From contig CM000436.1 of NCBI GenBank assembly GCA_000165345.1, forward strand, positions 608,001 to 672,000: a DNA stretch of 64,000 nucleotides, written 5' to 3'. The position numbers were made by a program, and so were the translations under genes. Shown here in pieces: positions 44,791-55,015 of the stretch. The number at the start of each line of letters is the position of its first letter. Within the stretch, counting starts at the first letter, position 1. The notes beneath the pieces were generated by a model that did not search any database, had not been told where the DNA came from, and saw only the letters and a list, made by a program, of their open reading frames with translations.

Positions 44791-44802
44791 TTTGGCGGGA
44801 AA
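44791..44802. promoter_or_regulatory. Canonical E2F site TTTGGCGGGAAA ~50 bp upstream of the SAP-domain gene
   Basis: Exact match to the TTTSSCGC-type E2F consensus. Confidence 0.55.
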
Positions 44803-44853
44803 TCCCACTGAATGTTAATAAACTGAATGAATGAAATAATTAAGTAGGTAGAG

Positions 44854-46083
44854 ATGAACGGAAATTACCATCAAGAAAGGAGTCGTTTGATTCAACAACA
44901 TAAGGAGGAGATTAAGTCAATAGAGAAGGAAATTAAATCAAAGAGAGGGACTTTAAAGGAGCAATACCAAAGACAGTTAGAGGAGGCACAGAAAAGACAT
45001 GAGGATGAAATGAAAGAATTTGAATCAAAATATGGTAACAGTGAAGAAAAGACAAAAAAGGGAGCCAAACCAGCTTCTTCGTCATTTTCTTTAGGGGGAG
45101 AAGAGAAATGCAATTCTGAAAAAACAGTCCTATATGAGGAAAGACAATGGAACAGTTTAAGTAAGTCAGAGCTAGAGGCAGAATGTAAGCTGAGGGGCTT
45201 GAATTCAAAAGGTAGTAAGGAGGATTTGGTGACTAGACTTTTCATATTTACTGCAGATCAGAAATCAAAGCTAAGCAAGATATCTCAAAATGATCAAGAT
45301 AGTATTAAATTGGTTGAATCTAGAGGGAAAACAAGTGGTCAATTGGAGTCATCTTCAATAAAGAAATTCACAATGGTCTCAAGTACAAACAAATTTACTC
45401 CACCTGAAATTAACTACTCAGAGGCAGGAGGAACTGGCAGAAGAAAGGGAAGATCTCAGAACAGAAAGGTTGATCATAGAAAGAATGCAAAACCAGGACA
45501 AAATTCTTGGGCAGCTTTCTGTGCCAGAAATGATATACCAAGAAAGAAGAATGCTGATTTGAACATTCATGAAAATTCTAATTCTGAGAGTTCTGATGAC
45601 GAGGAGAATGAGAAAGAAAAACAATCTTCTTCGGAAGGAAGTCATTCTGAAGGCGAAAGTTCTGTTGAAAACAGTGAAAGTGGATCATCGGAATCAGACT
45701 CTGATTCTGAAGATATTGATGAGGAGGAGCTTGCAAAAAGAAATAAAAGAAGAGCAGTTATGGTTAAGGTACTAGAGAAGATGTTTTCAAGCATCACAAT
45801 TAATGAGAAGAAAAATGGCTTAAAACTTTCAGAAATACAAGGACAATTAACTAGACTTAATGTTAAGAATTTTAAGCCAGAGCTTCTTGGATATAAATCT
45901 GTGGAAGATTGGGTGTCTTCTCAACCTAAGACTGTTTTAACTTATGATGAAGGCAACCAGCTTATTTTCCCTCCTGGATACAAAATTCCGGCTTCAAGTA
46001 AAAGCAAGAAAGAAGACCCGTACTATGTAGATTCCTTAAGTGAAAAAGAGGAAGAAAAAAGTGATGATGATTTCTTCATGTAG
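44854..46083 (+). CDS. SAP-domain nuclear protein, acidic/Ser-rich
   Basis: A SAP motif (LSKSELEAECKLRGLNSKGSKEDLVTRL) after an N-terminal coiled coil, with an Asp/Glu/Ser-rich centre. Confidence 0.65.
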   Translation: MNGNYHQERSRLIQQHKEEIKSIEKEIKSKRGTLKEQYQRQLEEAQKRHEDEMKEFESKYGNSEEKTKKGAKPASSSFSLGGEEKCNSEKTVLYEERQWNSLSKSELEAECKLRGLNSKGSKEDLVTRLFIFTADQKSKLSKISQNDQDSIKLVESRGKTSGQLESSSIKKFTMVSSTNKFTPPEINYSEAGGTGRRKGRSQNRKVDHRKNAKPGQNSWAAFCARNDIPRKKNADLNIHENSNSESSDDEENEKEKQSSSEGSHSEGESSVENSESGSSESDSDSEDIDEEELAKRNKRRAVMVKVLEKMFSSITINEKKNGLKLSEIQGQLTRLNVKNFKPELLGYKSVEDWVSSQPKTVLTYDEGNQLIFPPGYKIPASSKSKKEDPYYVDSLSEKEEEKSDDDFFM

Positions 46084-46615
46084 TTTAGTTTAAGACACTG
46101 ATTAGAAGTCTTGCTTACTCATTGTAGGCATTTATTTATATTTAATTTCCTTCTCATTTATATATAAATAATTCTCTAAAAATATATTTATTGTTCCATC
46201 AAGCCCTTTAATTGAAAAAAGAAAAATTTTGGGAAGAAATCTCCAAACAATTTTGCAATCAAATTAATCGCCAAAAGAGGAAATATTTTCGGAATTTATT
46301 TGCATGCAAAATGTTTGCATTCCGGTATGGAAAAATTAAAATTATGAAAACCTGCTAAATTCCAGGTCGTTAGGAATTTGGCGCGCAATTTGCCCACAAA
46401 AAACTGTAAAAAAAAAATATGTAATTAAAAAGATTGGGAAAAAGTAGAAAATTTGGTTTTTTTTTTCGTAGAAATTGCAAATAATTAGGGTTTCAGGGAA
46501 ACTTAAAAGTATTTTTTGAGGAGTTGGAATAAGAAGGGTATGTTTCAGTTTCCCGGGTTCATTTCAAGGTTTAAGTGGAATAAAGGAAACGAGGCCAGAA
46601 AATAAGAAACTAAAT

Positions 46616-48403
46616 TTGATGTTTCTTTCAACAATTAACAGGCTAAGGGAGGAGCAGGAAAAAAGCAATTCTTTAAGAACTTATAGTAGAGCTGATGCGG
46701 CAAAATTGACACTACTTAATATTGGAGAGGAAGAAGAGGGAGGAAGAAGTAGCGATGAGAGAGGTAGTAAGCGTGTGATTAGATCTTCAAAAAAGTCAGA
46801 TAGAGGAAAGAATAGGTTTTCTAGTTCTAATAATGACGAACAAAATTTCTCAGATATTCCTAAAAGTAAAGGTCCAAATAAAGTTGTAAGCGATGGTAAA
46901 AAGATTTCATCCTTTCAACAAATTCTAAATATTGCAATGACTTCCAATAACGTCTTAAAGAGTTCAAATCGGAAGAAAACAGTAAATAGAGAAATCCATT
47001 CAAATAAGCTCATTCCTCCAAGTTCTTACTATGATTCCATTGAGAGTTCTCCAAATTCCAGTTATAATAGTGACGAACAGAGAAGCCAAGAAGGAAGTCA
47101 AGAGACTTGTGAAGATACTGAAGATGAGAAAAACTCTCCTAAGATTAATTTTGTTCGAGTAATTTGTAACGGGAAAGTGAGTGATAATAATAAAAGTACC
47201 ATAAGTAGAACAACCTCCAGTATGGAGAAAAATGAGAAGAAGAAAGAGAAGGAAAATAGCAGAATGAGTTCTAAACCAAATAGAAGATCAAAAAGAAGTG
47301 ATTTAGATAATGTTACAAATTTAGAATCTGCCTCCAAGCCTTCTAAGATCAAGAAGATTACTAAGAAGGATATTGGACAGTCGCTGAAAGAATCTGAGCA
47401 AGTATTGGATAATAACGAGGAAAGTAAGAGTAAAGATAAAAGCAAAACTGAGGAAAGTCTTGGAAAAAGAAAGACGATTGATTCTAAGATTAAGAAGACA
47501 GTAGCTAATACCCCTAAACATGTAAAGAAACGTGAGAAGGTAGATACAAATCCAGGAGCTGCTATTCAGAACTCAGGAGAGAAGCCTGAAACTTACAAAC
47601 AAAATATTTTGACTTTAAAAGCCAAAAATAACTTAATTAAAAAGAGATTTAAGGAACAAATTGATGATGACTTCTTTAGTAATATTCTGGTTTTAACACC
47701 CAGTAGCTCAAGCTCTAGAAAGCCTAGAAAGAGCTTGAACTTTGAGCAGAGTCCCAGTCTAACTATTTTTAGTCCTGATATTTTGGATGCTAGGCTATTA
47801 AAGACAGGCCTTACCCCTGTGAATAATAAGGAATTATCTAGCTCTGGAATGGCCAATAATAAAGTTTCCAAACGCAAAGAACTCGCAAAGAAAGGTTTAG
47901 AATCATTGCACTTATCACCTTTAAGTTCATGTTTAAAGGAAATTGCAAGTGGAGAAGACACAAATCGAAACTCATCATATTCAAAGAGCTCTGCATCAAA
48001 GTCAATTGGCGATATACTCGGCGGTTTAGAAAGTACGACTGGATCCAAAGCTGGAAGACTTGGAAGGCTTTGTTGTGAGAAACAAAACAAATTTGTAATG
48101 CAAATACACGAGAAACTAACGTGCGGAAACTTCGGTGATGAAAATAAATCAGAGCAGAATCCCTCTTTACAAAGCAAGAAGAGTAGAACAAGTACTGATA
48201 AGTTCAAAGCACCCAAAGGTTCTTTGGATCTAAAAATGAATCTTGACTCTGTATTGGATCAAGAAATGGAAAATAACACTAGAATTGCTGATCAAGAAAA
48301 GCAGCAGGAACTTTTGTGGAGTATTACAGAAGATTCTTCTATTCAAAATGAAGACAGAAACCTTCTTGTGGAAGAACTGATTGCTCATACCAGCAATCAA
48401 TAA
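46616..48403 (+). CDS. Hypothetical Lys/Ser-rich low-complexity protein (595 aa)
   Basis: Long ORF with basic, Ser-rich, compositionally biased sequence, an E2F-like motif upstream, and no recognisable domain. Confidence 0.55.
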   Translation: MMFLSTINRLREEQEKSNSLRTYSRADAAKLTLLNIGEEEEGGRSSDERGSKRVIRSSKKSDRGKNRFSSSNNDEQNFSDIPKSKGPNKVVSDGKKISSFQQILNIAMTSNNVLKSSNRKKTVNREIHSNKLIPPSSYYDSIESSPNSSYNSDEQRSQEGSQETCEDTEDEKNSPKINFVRVICNGKVSDNNKSTISRTTSSMEKNEKKKEKENSRMSSKPNRRSKRSDLDNVTNLESASKPSKIKKITKKDIGQSLKESEQVLDNNEESKSKDKSKTEESLGKRKTIDSKIKKTVANTPKHVKKREKVDTNPGAAIQNSGEKPETYKQNILTLKAKNNLIKKRFKEQIDDDFFSNILVLTPSSSSSRKPRKSLNFEQSPSLTIFSPDILDARLLKTGLTPVNNKELSSSGMANNKVSKRKELAKKGLESLHLSPLSSCLKEIASGEDTNRNSSYSKSSASKSIGDILGGLESTTGSKAGRLGRLCCEKQNKFVMQIHEKLTCGNFGDENKSEQNPSLQSKKSRTSTDKFKAPKGSLDLKMNLDSVLDQEMENNTRIADQEKQQELLWSITEDSSIQNEDRNLLVEELIAHTSNQ

Positions 48404-48592
48404 AAATAGTTATTAGTTCGTCCAAGTTAGTGGCTAAAAAGAAAGCCAGTTTAAAATTCACTTTTTTGTTACTTTCCATAATCTGAACATTCCAGATGTT
48501 CATTTTGATTAAAAAAAACAGAAATAATCATAAAAGAATTTATGATACTATTTATATATCATTTTAAATTAAATAGATTTATTTGAAATAAA

Positions 48593-49351
48593 TTAGACTA
48601 GAGACTTAATCTCATTATTATTACTGACATTGTTGTCTGTAGAGTTCCCTCCTATAGATTTGGAGCTAGATCCCAACGTAACAGGTTTCTCGTTTGATGC
48701 AGAATTCTTGCTTCCAGAAAGCTTGTATCCTTCGCCTCCAAATGGAACAAATCCTCCAGAAGAGCCAATGTTCGATCCAGTGAATGGATTTGACATGCTT
48801 GCTCTATCGTTTGTCATCTCAATTGGTCCATTATTCATATTTGAGTGGCTTGAAGGACCATTATTTGCATTAGACGTTGCTGTACCAAATATATAAGCTC
48901 CTGTAGTACCAGTAATAAGTGGAGAGCATAACATAAGTTCTTTAAATAATTGCCAAGAAATTCGAGTGCAAGCTGCTAGAACCAAAGCATTGACTGCAAA
49001 AAGAGTACAAGCTGCTATACTTAAAGGTGACCCAGCAATAGAAAGTGAAACTGCAAAGTAAATAGTACAGAAAAGAGTTCCTAAAGCCGATATAAATATA
49101 TACATTTGCAATATTGGAGGTCTATATGCATTAGCATCCTTAACTGAAATATATGCCAAAATTATAGAGAAAACCTGTAATAAAACCCAGACTGTTCCAC
49201 CGGTTGGGACCAAAACAAACAATATTATAAGGGTCATAAACTCAATTATCAATAGGAACTTGAGCTGCCTTGCATATTTTCGACATTTCTCGGAAGGAGG
49301 AACTGAATATAAACCCGACGATCCAAAACTACACATTTGTTCAATATTCAC
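48593..49351 (-). CDS. Four-TM small membrane protein (Yip/PRA1/SFT2-like topology) with a Gly/Ser/Asn-rich C-terminal tail
   Basis: Four evenly spaced hydrophobic helices after a ~30-aa N-terminus, then a disordered tail. Confidence 0.6.
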   Translation of the reverse strand: MNIEQMCSFGSSGLYSVPPSEKCRKYARQLKFLLIIEFMTLIILFVLVPTGGTVWVLLQVFSIILAYISVKDANAYRPPILQMYIFISALGTLFCTIYFAVSLSIAGSPLSIAACTLFAVNALVLAACTRISWQLFKELMLCSPLITGTTGAYIFGTATSNANNGPSSHSNMNNGPIEMTNDRASMSNPFTGSNIGSSGGFVPFGGEGYKLSGSKNSASNEKPVTLGSSSKSIGGNSTDNNVSNNNEIKSLV

Positions 49352-50429
49352 TGTATAATGTGCTCAACAAAATTCTTTTCTTAAAGTTTAGTATAATGCT
49401 GACAGAAGAAATATACGAGAATTAATATTATTGAAAATGATTTGAATTTATTTTAAAAGCACTTTAAACTTAACGGAGTTAAATATTCAAAATTACAATA
49501 TTTTTCTCAAATTTAGAACAGCTCTTCAAAAATGTTGGTTCACTTTCCCCGTTTTTGAAAATATACTGGATGATTTTCAATAAGACTTTAACTATATTTC
49601 CTCGTCCAAAAAAAAATTACTCAAAGGAAATGAGCTTGAAATGAAAATATGTCAAAAAAATGTACCTTTTATGCCACAGTTTGCTCAAATAATCTGCAGT
49701 TATATTCGCTAATGTCCTATTAGAATTGTATTGTTGACATACTAATTCCAATTATTTTTGATTCCATTCACATATTGTGCTAAAGTATTATTAATCCATT
49801 AAATATTAGGTAAAGCCCGCTCAACGTAATTGGCGGGAACCATATGAATTAATTATATTTTTAATATAATAAATAACCAAGTAAATGCATTAATAGTTAA
49901 GTCGATATCGTTTGATAAAAATAAAATGATTTTTATGACAACATGAATAAATACATATATTCTTATGATCGCATGAACAATTAGAATGCATAGGGGGGAG
50001 GGAAGTAGTTAGATGAAAGTTTCTTAGAAACGCGTTGAATTTCAGCAGTATACTTGATGGAAATTATGAAATAAACTTAGCAAACTATTTATGAAATCCA
50101 CTTGTGTAGAAAAGAGTTGTGGGAAGATGAATATTGTAGCTAAATGAATTCTAGAGTGAAATTTGGAGAGCTAGGAGTGTTAATATTACTAATCAGGAAT
50201 AAGGAACACAATAAAAAAAAAAAGCATTCCATACTTTGGCATTTAATAGCTTCTATTCATCATTTGAATATTATGCTTATTATCCAAGGATAACTCTTCA
50301 AATTCCTTGTTAGTTAACAAAATTATTTATTCATTAATTTGAAATCAAAACAATTAAATATTTATTTAAGGGTTAGTTATAGGAGCAATAACTCTTCATT
50401 ATAAATATCTAATTTGAATCAATATTGCC

Positions 50430-52169
50430 TTAATCAGCAGCTCCAACAGTTTGAATACCACTCTTACCACTTTCTTTAATAGCAATATACCTACTACCTT
50501 TACTTTCTAGCCTATCATCTCCGGATGCTTCAGATTCTTCAGTTTCTTCATCATCATCAAAAATTAATTTACCTTCTTGAGAGTTGCTCGAGGTAATACC
50601 TTTTAAAGACTTTCTTTCTTTGAAAGGTACTTTTGATTCAACTTTAGCAGTGAATTTTAGAGTATCAAATTCAGTAGTAGGTAAATGCTCTGATTCATAT
50701 TCAGTATTTTGAGTAATAAAAACCTCGCTAGGACCTTGTGTTTCAGTTGAAGTAATAGAAGGCTCAATATTTGTTTCAACAACAGTAGAATTCACTAGTC
50801 TCTGGGTTGCCTTTGATAACTTTTCTAGATTGCTCTTTTCAATTACAAATTGGCCATAAACTTGAGGAATTCCTTGCCATCTAATGAAGTAATAATAAAC
50901 AGCGGCAATAACATAGTCCATTTCGTTCCACTTTCTTGTATTATACTTGATATTTGTTAAAGTACAGTATCTGGTTTTTTCAACAGAATGAACCCAAGTC
51001 TTTAAAGGAGATTTCTTCCAAAGTGAGTCTGGATACTGCTTCCATGCTGCTCTAGTCATTGGTTTCTTCTTTTTTTCTCCTCCATATGTTTGTTTCCCAA
51101 AATCTAGAAAACGGAAGATTTTCTGCTTTAAATCTCTAAACCATTTCTTAATACCATTTTCCTTGTAATTTGATCTTTCTACATTACCAAGAAGATATTG
51201 TAATTGCCTTTCATAGAGAATTACTGAGAGACCAAAAAGTCCTTCAGGAGAAAGTAATAAATTGGGTGAAAGTTTCTCTAGAGCTTCAGATGAAAGCTCA
51301 TACTTTTGTAACTCAATATGTTCATAAATATTTCCAAGATACTCAATTGAAGAAGGAATTCTCTCCAGATTTACAGCATTCTCATTATTGCCTTCCTCTG
51401 GTGGTAAAGTCGTACTTTCGGAATGTATTTTCCATCCAGGTTCACAGTAAACAACATTGGGATTTCCAATACCTTTACATCTTTCTTTAGAAAAGCATCT
51501 TCCTTGAAAGAAGTCTCTCAAAAATGGCTTAATTTCACAATTTGGACAGTAATACTTCTTCTGAAAAGCTGATAAGGTATTTTTTCCACTATAACCTTTA
51601 CGTTTTCCTCTAAACTCGATATATTTTCTAATAACAGCCAATGGATATAAATCATATAATGCAACTTTATCCAATGGAATATTTAGCACTTTACTTTCCT
51701 GTCTTGTGATCCAAGATCTTATTTGAGAAACTGTTACTACAGGATGTTGATATGAATATAGTGGACCCCAAGGAAATAATGGCTGGCTATCCAGATCTTT
51801 TGGTTGTCCATTAAAGTTTCTCATACTAGACAAAGAGAAGAAATAAAGCATGATTGAAGTCATTGTAATTGTCTCTCCATCTGCTCCTGTTAAATCTATG
51901 CTAGTACTTGTTGGCACTCCATTTGTATAGTTTGGATCCTCTGGATTAAGTGGGTAAAACAAGCTTGATAATACTTGTGGTACAGTTCCTCTCTTCATTG
52001 TTGTCATGGAGAGATAAATATTCTCTCCAATAGTACCTGCTAAGCTTCCAAACAATGTCACACCTGCTCCAGCAATGAGTGCAACATCCACTGATCCTAA
52101 TGATCCACCAGATACTAACACAGCTAATAGCCCAATTACAAAGCACAATAAAATTACTTTTCCTTTCAT
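50430..52169 (-). CDS. Secreted protein, paralogue 1 of a tandem three-member lineage-specific family
   Basis: A signal peptide, then a Gly/Ala-rich segment, then blocks shared with the next two genes (YLSMTTMKRGTVPQVLSS, MLYFFSL, PLFPWGP, ILYERQLQY, AAWKQYPDSLWKKSP, AAVYYYF, GIPQVYGQFV). The C-terminus is acidic. Confidence 0.7.
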   Translation of the reverse strand: MKGKVILLCFVIGLLAVLVSGGSLGSVDVALIAGAGVTLFGSLAGTIGENIYLSMTTMKRGTVPQVLSSLFYPLNPEDPNYTNGVPTSTSIDLTGADGETITMTSIMLYFFSLSSMRNFNGQPKDLDSQPLFPWGPLYSYQHPVVTVSQIRSWITRQESKVLNIPLDKVALYDLYPLAVIRKYIEFRGKRKGYSGKNTLSAFQKKYYCPNCEIKPFLRDFFQGRCFSKERCKGIGNPNVVYCEPGWKIHSESTTLPPEEGNNENAVNLERIPSSIEYLGNIYEHIELQKYELSSEALEKLSPNLLLSPEGLFGLSVILYERQLQYLLGNVERSNYKENGIKKWFRDLKQKIFRFLDFGKQTYGGEKKKKPMTRAAWKQYPDSLWKKSPLKTWVHSVEKTRYCTLTNIKYNTRKWNEMDYVIAAVYYYFIRWQGIPQVYGQFVIEKSNLEKLSKATQRLVNSTVVETNIEPSITSTETQGPSEVFITQNTEYESEHLPTTEFDTLKFTAKVESKVPFKERKSLKGITSSNSQEGKLIFDDDEETEESEASGDDRLESKGSRYIAIKESGKSGIQTVGAAD

Positions 52170-52822
52170 TCTAATATTTCCTTATAACTCAAGTTGTACT
52201 TTCTTTTTACAAAATTACTTATATTTTAATATTGCTCTTTTAGAAGTTCCTTTGTAATCAATCTATGCTTTAAATATATGTATATGCATAAATACAAATA
52301 TTAACTTTAATTTGTGTAAGCAATAAAATGCAGCTTCTAGTGTAAACCCCACTAATTTCTTTCTTAATTCCTTTCAAAAATTTTATTCTAATGTCTCCAT
52401 TAATATTCGCTCGTTATCATCTATTATATAATTTTTACTATTTATTGTCTATTTAATACATTGCATTTATGCATTTTTTTAATTCGATACCTATTAATTA
52501 ATTTAACAGGTTTATCTACCCCTCCTTTCTTTGTTATACTTAATTTCAACGCATTTATTTATTTTGCACATAATAACTTACATTAGCTATAAGCTTGACA
52601 AAATTTATGTCAAGTCTATTGTTAATTTTAGATTAAAACTTCATTCTTATTCAAATATAATTAACAGTCATTTCTTTAATTCATTAACTCGAAATAATTA
52701 AATGGGACTAACCGCCTATTTTCCCGCCTAATGTAATTTCTGTTAGAAGTGCATGTAATGGGGGGAGGGGAAGGAGTATGTTAATACTTTGAATTATTAA
52801 TATTATATCTCATGATTAAAAA

Positions 52823-54472
52823 TCAATTGTTTTTTTTATTTTTTGCAAGTTTCTTTTTTTTATTCTTTCCTTTGTCTTCGCCCTTTTTCTCGTCCAACTT
52901 TCTTTTTTTGCCTTTGTTCTTTTTTTTGTCATCATTTTGTTCTAATTCTAATTGTTCGGATGATTCTTTCGTCTTTTCACCATCGTCCTTAATGCTGGTC
53001 TTGTTTACATCAGATTCAGAATTTGATTGGACAGCCTCTTCAGCAGTTTCTGTATTATCTATAGCTTTAGACTCTTTTTTAGAGCCCTTCTTGTTTTCAA
53101 CAAAAGATCCGTCTTCTTGTGAATACTTTTTGATTTTTAGAGGGTTGAAACTGTACAATTTGCTAAATTTGGAAACTTTCTCCTGGTATTGTCCAAATAC
53201 TACAGGAACTCCGAGATCTCTTGAAAATGTGTTAAGTACTACTCCGATTGAATAGTCATACACATTCCAATTAAGTGAATTATACTTACTTTTCTTAATT
53301 TCATCAGAATATACTGCATAAACAACTCTTTCAAATGATTGGAATGGACTGTGTTTCCACATAGAGTCTGGAATCATTTTCCAAGGTGCAATTCTAATTC
53401 CATTGCGTTTTCCATGGCCTAAGGAAGCAATATCAGTAACTGCTGCATAAGATCTCTCAAATACTCCAAGAGACTTTCTGAATTTACTTGCATCATAGTT
53501 AATTGGATCAATTGATGAAATATCATATTGCCTTTCTCTCCAGTAAAGTATTAAAGCAAGAGCAAGTTGTTCTATCTTCCTATTTTTGTATGTAACATTT
53601 TCTTTTGAGACTACATACTTATTTTCCATTACTCTCTCCAAGTAATCATATATAGCAGTAAGCTCCCCCCATGATGTGTCATCTGATGGAGTCCAAGGAG
53701 TTTCTTCATAATGAACTTTATTGCTGTCTTTTTTTGCATGTACTGGAGATCTTGATGAAATCGCCCTACGATGTGACACACTAGTCATATCAGAAAGACC
53801 CCCTTCAATGGTATTTTTTTTTTTCTCTTTCACTTTCTCCTTCTCCTCCTCTTCCTTTGGTTCTTTTTGCTTTTTTTTATCCTTCTTCGAACTTCCTACT
53901 GCATTTGATGCTTTGTTGATTGTATTGGAAATGGATTCTTCCACAACATTAATAGTCTTATCTCTATTTTCTGAAATGAATCTTGCTACTCCAATTGGAT
54001 AAATATTCCAAGAATCAGCCTCTGTTATGTTTAAGCGTATAAACCCTCCGCCTATCGATGTTAGATAGTCCCTGATTTTCTCAACTTCTTTAATTGGATT
54101 ATTTTCTATTTTGAAAGAACCCCATGGAAGCATTGAAGCTTCAACATTAGAATTTGGAGCTTTAGATGCAAACTCTGAAACAAGCAATGAGTAAAAGTAC
54201 ATTAACCCAGCAACTGTAGTTCTTGTTTCTCCATCCCAATTATTTGCATCAATATATAATAGTCTTTCATCCGTTCCATTTTCTAGTACAGGACACCTTT
54301 TACTTGCTAAAATTTGTCCAAGAGTTCCTCTATCTGTTTGGGTAAGCATGTAATATACAGCTGTTCCTCCTAAAAGTCCTAATGTTGTGGAAACAGTAAC
54401 CGAGGCAAAACCATTGGAAAAAGAAAACCATCCAAATAGAATTTGTAATATTAATAAGGCCTGCAACTTCAT
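52823..54472 (-). CDS. Secreted protein, paralogue 2, with a K/E-rich insert and polybasic C-terminal tail
   Basis: Signal peptide, then the shared blocks (YYMLTQTDRGTLGQILAS, MYFYSLL, MLPWGS, ILYWRERQYDI, APWKMIPDSMWKHSP, GVPVVFGQYQEKVS). The tail is KKKNKGKKRKLDEKKGEDKGKNKKKKLAKNKKNN. Confidence 0.7.
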   Translation of the reverse strand: MKLQALLILQILFGWFSFSNGFASVTVSTTLGLLGGTAVYYMLTQTDRGTLGQILASKRCPVLENGTDERLLYIDANNWDGETRTTVAGLMYFYSLLVSEFASKAPNSNVEASMLPWGSFKIENNPIKEVEKIRDYLTSIGGGFIRLNITEADSWNIYPIGVARFISENRDKTINVVEESISNTINKASNAVGSSKKDKKKQKEPKEEEEKEKVKEKKKNTIEGGLSDMTSVSHRRAISSRSPVHAKKDSNKVHYEETPWTPSDDTSWGELTAIYDYLERVMENKYVVSKENVTYKNRKIEQLALALILYWRERQYDISSIDPINYDASKFRKSLGVFERSYAAVTDIASLGHGKRNGIRIAPWKMIPDSMWKHSPFQSFERVVYAVYSDEIKKSKYNSLNWNVYDYSIGVVLNTFSRDLGVPVVFGQYQEKVSKFSKLYSFNPLKIKKYSQEDGSFVENKKGSKKESKAIDNTETAEEAVQSNSESDVNKTSIKDDGEKTKESSEQLELEQNDDKKKNKGKKRKLDEKKGEDKGKNKKKKLAKNKKNN

Positions 54473-55015
54473 GGTGTCACTAATTTAAAAGAAAATTAAA
54501 ATATTACAACTATTTATATTTTTAGTATCCAATTTTTTTCGAGCAAAATTGCAAACAAGAGACGTTACCATGTCAGTATATGCCAGGCAAATTACATAGC
54601 TATTCAACTAATTATTAGAAATTTAATTTTTAATCAACTTATCACTAATTATTCAATTTACAATAAAAATTCTACACATTGTATGCTAATTATTTCATTC
54701 TTTGCTTTTCCTTCTTCATAATACAATAAAAATTTTCTTCAGTGCAATTACCGTTATCCAGGGTTGCATACATGCAAGATATTTATTAAAGAAATTTTAA
54801 TTCCCGCCCAACACATAGCAATAAAATAAATAAATTTATTGCAATAATACATACATTAGAGTTATTCAAAGCAATAAGATTATCATCAATGGATTAGTAG
54901 AACAGGTTACAAATTAAATTAAATTTAAAAATTAAACGAGGGTAAAGATTTAAAAAACAAAATTATCAGATATTTGCTAGTAATAGGATGTTAGGAATTA
55001 GCATAAACTAAACTA

